Source: an uncultured Candidatus Rokubacteria bacterium (GTDB lineage: Bacteria; Methylomirabilota; Methylomirabilia; Rokubacteriales; CSP1-6). From it: a stretch of 64,000 nt of DNA. The stretch covers positions 1 to 64,000 of the forward strand of contig CAVVEU010000024.1 in assembly GCA_963747235.1 (NCBI GenBank), given 5' to 3'. This document shows, piece after piece, positions 56,585 to 64,000 of this stretch (positions are counted from its first letter, which is position 1; every line of letters starts with the position of its first letter). A model generated the notes under the pieces. The model had not been told where the DNA came from. It saw only the letters and a list, made by a program, of their open reading frames with translations, and made no database searches. The position numbers were made by a program, and so were the translations under genes.

Positions 56585-57801
56585 TCACTTCTTCTTGATC
56601 TCCCAGCGTGAACCCCTCGATGGGATCCTTGCCGACCATCGCCTCGCCGATGGTGTCCTTGCCCGCGAGCGCGGCGATGGGCACGTTCTTGCCGCCCTTC
56701 ACCTGGTAGAGGTGCATGTCCATGACGACCTGGTGGTCTTCCTTCCGGATGCACTGCCGGCCGATGTGCGTGTTGTCGAGGCACATGCCCTCCTGCGCCT
56801 CGGCCACCTTGTCGGCGTCGAAGCTCTTCACCTTCTCGACGGCGGCGGCCCAGAACAGCACGGCGTCGTAGGCGCCCGCCATGATGTTGCCGTCGACGCC
56901 GAACTTCTTCTTGAACTTGGCGTTGAACGCCTGCATGTTCTTGTCCGGGTTGTAGGCGGAGTAGTGCGCGAGCTGGACGAAGCCCTCCATCGGCTCGGCG
57001 ATGGCGGGCAGGTCTTGCTGCAGCAGGAAGCAGTCGATGCCCGCCAGCTTGTACTTCTTGGTCATGCCGAAGGAGTGGAGCTGCGTCATCAGGCGCAGCG
57101 AGTCGGTGCCCGCGAAGGCCACGAAGAGCACGTCGGGGTTCGACTGGTTGATGGCGCCGAACCACGGGCTGAAGTCCTTGGTGTCGAGCGGCGCGCCCGC
57201 CACGCCGACCACCTCGCCCCCCAGCTTCTCGAGCGCGGTCTTGAACTGCCGGCCGTCGGACTGGCCCATCGCGTAGTCGGTGTAGAAGATGTAGACCCGC
57301 TTGCCCATCTTCTCGACCATGTACTTGGCGAGGCCGGTGGCCTGCATCCGCGAGTCGGGCTGGTTCGAGAAGTAGTACTTGTGGAACTTGGTGGTCCGCA
57401 TGAACTCGGCGCAGGAGACGGAGTTCCAGTGGATGACCTTGTGCTTCTTCGTCACGTCCATCACCGCCAGGGTGGCGCCGCTCGACACCGCGCCGATGAG
57501 GAGCTTGACGTCGTCCTGCAGGATCAGCTTCTCGGCCTTGCGCACCGCGGGGGCGGGCTTGGTCTCGTCGTCCTCGGAGATGATCTCGATCTTGTGGCCG
57601 AGCACGCCGCCCTTGGCGTTCAGCTCCTCGACGGCCATCTGGATGGCCATCGTCTGGTACTTGCCGTAGCCCTCGAAGACGCCGACCTTCGAGCCGAGGT
57701 CGCCGATCTTGACGACCTTCTGGGCGGCCGCCGGCGCCGGCGAGCCACGCCAGCGAGCGCACCGGACACGAGCACCGCGATGCCGAACCTGCTTGCCTCA
57801 T
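56585..57801 (-). CDS. Leu/Ile/Val-type ABC substrate-binding protein (frameshifted ends)
   Basis: AVEELNAKGGVLG, EDDETKP, GAVSSG, DYAMGQ, IRKEDHQ. Confidence 0.88.
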
Positions 57802-58522
57802 GAGCTCCTCCTTCTGACCGCATGCGTCGTGGACGTTTCGATCAGCCCCGACAGCGTGAGCGCGATCCGCTGCAGCGGCTCGCGCATCTTCTCGGGGTCG
57901 GGCGCCGCCACTGGGCGTGCCGGCACCCGTCTCGACTCCGGAGCGACATTCCCGCCGGGCTGCCGCCGGGGCGGGAGCCTTGGCGTCGCCTTCCGCCTCG
58001 TCGAAGGCGAGACGGACGGCCACCGCGGCCTTCGGATCGTACTGGCCGACCGCGAAGTCGACCAGGTTGTAGTAGCGCCAGATCGCCTCGAGGAACTTCT
58101 GCCCGGCCGCCACCCGGGCCGGCGCGGGCTCCGTCGCGTCGGCGAGCCGCCGGTCGGCCTCGAGGCGCGAGGTCGCGGACGAGCGCGGCGAAGAAGATCA
58201 TGAGCCCGCGCTCGGCCCGCGGCCCGTCGCCCGCGGCGAGCGCGGCGCGCGTCGGCTCCTCGAGGCCCGGCGGGCAGCCGCGCGGCCTGCGCGCGCATCT
58301 CGGCGCGGAGCGCGCCGGACTCGAAGAGGCGGAGGGCGACGTCGAGCTTCCGCGCCTGGATCGCGAACTTGATCTGCTTGAAGTTGGCGGAGACCTCGTT
58401 GTCGCGCGGGACGTAGGCGCCGACGTGATGAGCCGCGGCCGGGCCGGCGGCGAGGGCGACGAGCAGCGCCGCGGTGACCGGCAGCCAGCGCGCGGGTCGC
58501 GGCCGACGCCGCAGCGCCTCAT
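57798..58522 (-). CDS. Secreted helical hypothetical protein, mature N-terminus HHVG (frameshifted)
   Basis: Signal peptide ending PAAA-HHVGAYVPRDNEVSANFKQIKF; later WRYYNLVDF; ATGA-coupled at both ends. Confidence 0.6.
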
Positions 58523-59067
58523 GCCCGCCGCACCAGGCGCGCGCCGACCACGGCCGCGAGCCACCAGACCGCCACGATGGTCGCGCCCCCGAAGGGGATC
58601 CAGACCAGCCACTCGGCGATGGCCTTGCCGCGTCTGCGATGCCGTGGTAGGGGATGAGCGCGCCCCAGAGCAGATAGCCGAACGGGTAGCCGGCGCCGCC
58701 CGACGGTGAGCAGGACGATGAGCGCCCGCCGACGCCACCCCGGACGGGACCAGCGTGGCGGCGGTCATGGTCGTGACGATGATGACGAGCCCCATGCCCT
58801 CCGCGTGCAGGTGGAAGAGGCGGAGGCTCGGCGTCGAACTTCACCAGCGCCTCGTCGATGATCTGCTCGTCGACGTCGCGCACGCCGACCAGGCCGTGCG
58901 TGGCGGGCCGCGCGAGGATGACGGAGCGCGCCCAGCGCGTCAGCTCGAGCTTGAACCGCACCATCGACGCGCCGCCCGACCTCGGCGCAGGCGATCAGGA
59001 GCACCGCGGCCAGGAGCGATGGCGAGCGGCGGGACGCCGCCAGACGTCGCGCGCCCGGTCCCGTCAC
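58519..59067 (-). CDS. Hypothetical 4-TM protein B (FHLHAEGMG; frameshifted)
   Basis: Stitched: ...THGLVGVRDVD...LRLFHLHAEGMG...YPFGYL...; start and stop overlap the neighbours. Confidence 0.6.
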
Positions 59068-59587
59068 GCGGCCCGCCTCCCGACGCGCGCCGCCACCATC
59101 AGCACCGCGAGCGCCGACGAGGCCGACGATCGCGGCGCTGCCCAGCGGGGTGAGGACGTAGCGCTCGACCATCTCGATGCCGGCGTCGCGCCCCCACTCG
59201 AGCGCCGCGAGCGCAGTAGGCGAGATAGCCCAGCGGGAAGAGCGCGCCCAGCCCGAAGCAGCGCGTAGAGGACGCCGCGGGCGCGCGCGCCACGGCACCG
59301 TGCTCGCCGCCACCGTGCGCCGCGAGGATCACGAGCGGGCCCAGGCCCTGGGCGTGGGTGTGGAAGAAGGACAGGCCGGCCTCGGCGGCGTAGACGGCGC
59401 GCGCGGTGACCTCGGCGTCGTACTCGGCGGAGCCGGCCAGCCCGTGCGCCTGCGGATTGGCCGCGACGCGCGCCCGCGCGTAGCCCACGATCTGCGGGCG
59501 CAACTGCGACATCACCGCGCCGGCGGTCTCGCCGAGCGCGATGACGACGAGACCCACGAACACCACCACGAGCGGGGGACGCCTCAT
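59064..59587 (-). CDS. Hypothetical 4-TM protein A (FHTHAQGLG; frameshifted)
   Basis: ...AHGLAGSAEYD...EAGLSFFHTHAQGLG...FPLGYL...; paralogue of the neighbour. Confidence 0.62.
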
Positions 59588-61985
59588 GCCGATCCGCGGC
59601 GAGCGTACTCGAGCGCGCGTCTCCCCGTGTCAACAAGCCCCACAGGCGGGCCGGCGTGAGCGGCAGGTCGTTCAGCTCGATCCGGAACGGCGCCAGGGCA
59701 TCGGCCACCGCGTTGGCGAGCACCGCCGCGGGGCCGAGCGTGCCGCCCTCGCCGACGCCGCGCACGCCCGCCAGGTTGTCGGCCGGCTCCTCGATGTGGT
59801 CGAGCTCGAGCGCGGGCATGCCGGCCGCGGTCGGCAGCGCGTACTCCATGCAGCGTGCCGGTGAGGAGCTGGCCCGCGTCGTCGTAGAGCGAGGTGCTCG
59901 AGGAGGGCGCCGCCGATGCCCTGGGCGATCGCGCCCTGGACCTGGCCCTCGACGATCAGCGGATTGATGATCGCGCCCGGTGTCCTCGACACACACGTAG
60001 CGGTGAATCGTCGACGGTCCCGGTCGCGACGATCGACCTCGACCACCGCGGCCTGCGATCCGGCCGCGAACGTCCCGCGGATCGGATCGTAGAACCGGGT
60101 GGCCTCGAGGCCCGGCTCGATGTCGGGGGGCAGCCGGTGGGTCTCGAGGTGCGCGACGCGCGCCACCTCGGCCACCGTGATGGCGCGCCCCGGCGCGCCC
60201 TTGACCGCGACGCGCCCGTCCAGCACCTCCAGATCCTCGGGCGCGGCCTCGAGGAGGTGGGCCGCGATGCGGACGATCTTGTCCCGCACGGCCCCGGCCG
60301 CCCGCATCGCGGCGCCCCCGCCGATCACGGCCTGGCGCGAGGCGAACGCGCCGAGGCCGAAGGGCGTGGCGTCGGTGTCCCCGAGGACGACCGACACCGC
60401 GTCGAACGGCACGCCCAGCTCCGACGCCACGATCTGGGCCACCGTGGTCTCGAGTGCCCTGGCCCTGCGACGTGACCCCGGCCAGCACCGTCACCGCGCC
60501 TCGAGGATCCATCCGGACCGTCGCGCCCTCGTGGCCGGTGCGAAAGGGCATGCGCGGGCCCGCCGAGGCGGCCTGACCGAGGCCGGTCAGCTCGTTGTAG
60601 TTCGCGAAGCCGATGCCCACGTAGCGGCCCTCGTTGCCGGAGGCGGGCCTGCTCGGCCCGGAACGCGCCATAGCCGATCGCCTCGACCACCTTCTCGAAG
60701 CACACCGGATAGCTCGGGCTGTCGTGGACGAGGCGAGTGGCCGCGGTGTAGGGCAGGTCGGCGGGGCCGATCAGGTTGAGGCGCCGGACCTCCACGGGAT
60801 CGAGCCCGAGCGCGCGCGCGCCGAGGTCCAGGACGCGCTCCATCACGAAGGTGGTCGCCGGCCGCGCGACGCCGCGGTAGGGGCCCGCCGGGGCGGTATT
60901 GGTCGCGACCGCGACCACGTTGCACCGGTAGTGCCGGAGCTTGTAGGGCCCGGTCAGGAGGCCGCCGGCCATGAGCGCCTCGATCCCCGCCGTCCACGGG
61001 TACACGGAGTAGGCGCCGGCATTGCACGCGGCCTGCACGTCCATCGCGAGCAGGCCGCCCGCGCGATCGAAGCCGGCCCGGACCGTGTAGAGGTGATCGC
61101 GCGCGTGCGCGGCGGCCAGGAAGCCTTCGCGGCGCTGCTCCACCCACTTGACGGGGCGGCCGAGACGCATCGCGAGCAGGCAGAGCGCGACGTCCTCGGG
61201 ATAGAGGACCGCCTTCAGCCCGAACCCGCCGCCCACGTCGGGCGCCACGACCCGGACGCGGTTCTCGGCCAGGCCGAGGATCCCGGCCAGGCCGTGGCGG
61301 GCCAGGTGCGGGACCTGGGTGCCGGACCAGAGGGTGAGCTTGCCCTCCGCCGGGTTCCAGTCCGCGACCCCGCCGCGCCCTTCGAGCGGCGCCGCGGTCT
61401 GCCGGTTCGTGCGGAACGCGCGCTCCACCACCGACGGCCGCACCGGCCAGGGTCGCCTCCACGTCGCCGTTCTCGAACCGGCGCGACAGGAGCACGTTGT
61501 CGGGCGCCGCGTCGTGGAGGACGGCGCGGTCGCCGCGCGCCCCGACGACGTCCACCACCGCGGGCAGCGGCTCGTAGTCGACCTCCACCAGCGCGGCCGC
61601 CGTCCTCGGCCGCGTAGCGCTCGCGGGCCACCACCGCGGCCACCGCCTCGCCCGCGAAGCGCGCCTTCGGCCAGGCCAGGATCGGCTGCTCGGTCTCGAC
61701 GTAGGTCGGCAGCGCCGAGAGCGCGCGCACGCGGTGCCGGGCGAAGTCCGGATCGGCGCCCGTCACCACCGCCACGACGCCCGGAGCCGCCGCCGCGGCC
61801 GTGGTCTCGACGCCGCGGATCCGGGCATGCGCGTGGACGCTGCGCACGAAGGCGACGTGCAGCATGCGGGGCAGCTCGACGTCGCTCACGTAGCGTCCCT
61901 GCCCGGTGATGAGGCGCGCGTCCTCCTTGCGGGGGACGCGCGCCCCGAACACGCTCGACGCTCCGGAGTGCGGCGGGCTGGACAC
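59584..61985 (-). CDS. Second xanthine dehydrogenase-family Mo-binding large subunit (frameshifted)
   Basis: RKEDARLITGQG, TQVPH, VGGGFGLK, GPYRGVAR, GAFASR, GVRGVGEGG. Confidence 0.88.
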
Positions 61986-62003
61986 CGGGCGCGCTCGGGC
62001 TCC

Positions 62004-62769
62004 TCAGACCATGGCGTAGCCGCCGTTGACCGATACCACCTGGCCGGTGGTCCAGCCCGACAGCGGCGAGGCCAGGAGCAGGATCATCGGGGTGACGTCG
62101 TCGGGCCGGCCGACCCGCCGCAGCGGATACTGGGCCAGGATCTTCTTCATGCGCTCGTCGTCGGCCCCGCCGGCGTGGGCCTCGAGGTTGTCGGTCTGCA
62201 CGAGCGCGAGGGAGACGCAGTTCGCGCGGATCCCGTAGCGGGCGAGCTCCTTGGCGAGCGACCGGGTCAGGCCGACGGTGGAGGCGCGCGTGGTCCCGGT
62301 CACGAGCAGGCCGGATTCGCCGACCCGCCCCGAGTCTCCCATGAGGTTGACGATGGCGCCCGAGCCCCGCTTGCTCATCCCGCGCGCCACCGCCTGCGTG
62401 ATGCGGAGCGTCCCGGTGACGGTCACGTCCACCTGGGGCGCCCACTCCTCGGGCGTGGTCTCGAGGAACGGCTTGCGCTGGGTCGCGGCGGCGTTGTTGA
62501 CGAGCACCTCGATGGGGCCCAGCTCGCGCTCGACCTGCTGCGACCGCGTCGGCCACCGCCCCGTCCACCCGCAGGTCGGCGCCGACGGCCAGGGCCTTCA
62601 CGCCCAGCGCGCGAGCCTCGGCCGCCGCGGCCTCGGCTCCGCCCGCCGAGGAGTGATAGTGGAAGGCCACGTGGGCCCCTTCGCGGGCGAAGGCCGTGCC
62701 GATGGCCCGCCCCAGGCCCTGCCCGGCGCCGGTGACCAGCACGACCTTGCCGCCGAGCCGGAGATCCAT
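62004..62769 (-). CDS. SDR-family oxidoreductase (frameshift near 62540)
   Basis: VTGAGQGLG, LVNNA, GQVVSVNGG; the YxxxK site is atypical. Confidence 0.85.
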
Positions 62770-62860
62770 GGCCTCGGATGATACCTCGGTGCCCCGCCGG
62801 CGCGGTGCGCCGTCTTCGCCCGGCTTGCGCCCCGCCGGAGGGGTGTGCGAGAGTCCCGCC

Positions 62861-64000
62861 ATGCGCCGGGGCGCCGACTACCTCGCGAGCCTCCGCGACG
62901 GGCGCGCCGTGTTCCTCGACGGCGAGCGCGTCCACGACGTGACCACGCCATCCCGGCCTTCGCCGAGTCCGTCCAGCGCATCGCGGAGCGCTACGACGCG
63001 GCCGCGCGAGGCGCCCGACGTCACCACCTGCGTCGATCCGGCCACCGGCAAGCGGATCGGCGCGATGTGGCTGATCCCGCGCTCCGCGGAGGATCTCGGG
63101 CGCCGGCGGGCCGTCCACCGGTTCTGGGCCGAGGGCTCGTACGGGCTCATGGGGCGCACGCCCGACCACGTGGCCTCGGTGCTCACCGGCTTCGCGGGCT
63201 GGCGCCAGCTCTTCGACCGCGGGGGCCGGCAGTACGGCGACAACGTGGTCCGCTTCTACGAGAAGGCGCGGGACGAGGACCTCTACCTGGCCTACGCGAT
63301 CGTGCCGCCCCAGATCGACCGCACCACGCCGGCCCACCAGCATCCGGAGCCCTTCCTCCACCCCGGGGTCGTGAAGGAGACGGACGCGGGCATCGTGATC
63401 CGCGGCGCGCACTCGATCGCCACGTCGGTGACCATGGCCGACTGGCTCTACGTGAGCTACATCACGCCGCTCGCGCCCGGCGACGTGGACTACGCGATCT
63501 CGCTCGTGGTGCCGGTGAACGCGGAGGGCCTCCGCCTCCTGCCGCGCCGGCCCTACGCGACGCTCGCCACGAGCGTCTACGACTACCCGCTCTCCGCGCG
63601 CTTCGACGAGGTGGACACCACCGTCGTCTTCGACGACGTGTTCGTGCCGTGGGAGCAGGTCTTCGTCTACCGGAACGTGGAGCTGGTGACCGCGCAGTTC
63701 CACGAGTCGCCCGCGCACGTGACCGCGAACTTCCAGTCGCTGGTGCGCTTCGGGGTCAAGCTCGAGCTGCTGGCCGGCCTCGCCCTGAAGCTGGTCGAGC
63801 TCGGGCGCGGGGAGGGGGACGCCGCCACCCAGGCCACGCTCGGCGGCGACATCGCCACGTTCTGCGCCGCCTTCGACGCGCTGGTGCAGGCGGCCGAGCG
63901 CCGCCCGCTGGTGAGCCAGGGCTACGCGCGCCCGCACCCGCAGTACGTCTACGCGGGGATGAGCCTCCAGCGCCGGCTCATCGTGGACATGTACCGGACG
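62861..64000 (+). CDS. 4-hydroxyphenylacetate 3-hydroxylase (HpaB)-family flavin monooxygenase, runs off the window; absent from ORF track
   Basis: MRRGADYLASLRDGRAVFLDGERVHDVT, GLMGRTPDHV, AIVPPQIDR, GIVIRGA, DYPLSARFDE.D..VFDDVFVPWE. Confidence 0.88.
   Translation, partial: MRRGADYLASLRDGRAVFLDGERVHDVTTPSRPSPSPSSASRSATTRPREAPDVTTCVDPATGKRIGAMWLIPRSAEDLGRRRAVHRFWAEGSYGLMGRTPDHVASVLTGFAGWRQLFDRGGRQYGDNVVRFYEKARDEDLYLAYAIVPPQIDRTTPAHQHPEPFLHPGVVKETDAGIVIRGAHSIATSVTMADWLYVSYITPLAPGDVDYAISLVVPVNAEGLRLLPRRPYATLATSVYDYPLSARFDEVDTTVVFDDVFVPWEQVFVYRNVELVTAQFHESPAHVTANFQSLVRFGVKLELLAGLALKLVELGRGEGDAATQATLGGDIATFCAAFDALVQAAERRPLVSQGYARPHPQYVYAGMSLQRRLIVDMYRT

Overview
Very GC-rich bacterial chromosome segment. 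Gene content resembles Rokubacteria/Methylomirabilota-type soil bacteria (inference only). Many single-base frameshifts are most likely long-read assembly errors, so several genes below are stitched from multiple ORFs and their coordinates are approximate. Most of the window is catabolic or transport: acyl-CoA synthetases, thioesterases, four ABC systems, a BVMO, a TcuA-like flavoprotein, an HMGS-like/DUF35 + thiolase pair, and an HpaB-like gene at the right edge. A ~16 kb minus-strand operon encodes an HmfABCDE-like 2-furoate pathway, a second Mo-hydroxylase large subunit, and an unexplained module (two paralogous membrane proteins with an FHxHAxGxG motif, a secreted HH-protein and a TlpA). 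An AT-richer island at ~12.6-19.1 kb carries a trypsin-like protease, DUF4238, a coupled HNH-HEPN-(partner+HEPN) operon, a tyrosine-integrase relic and a tRNA-Glu-like 3' fragment. A 35-39 bp palindromic repeat occurs 5 times at 4 loci. It is translated inside genes, supplies a stop codon and RBS-like sequence, and each locus is surrounded by an orientation-dependent skew in third codon positions. Family calls come from motif recognition, not database searches.
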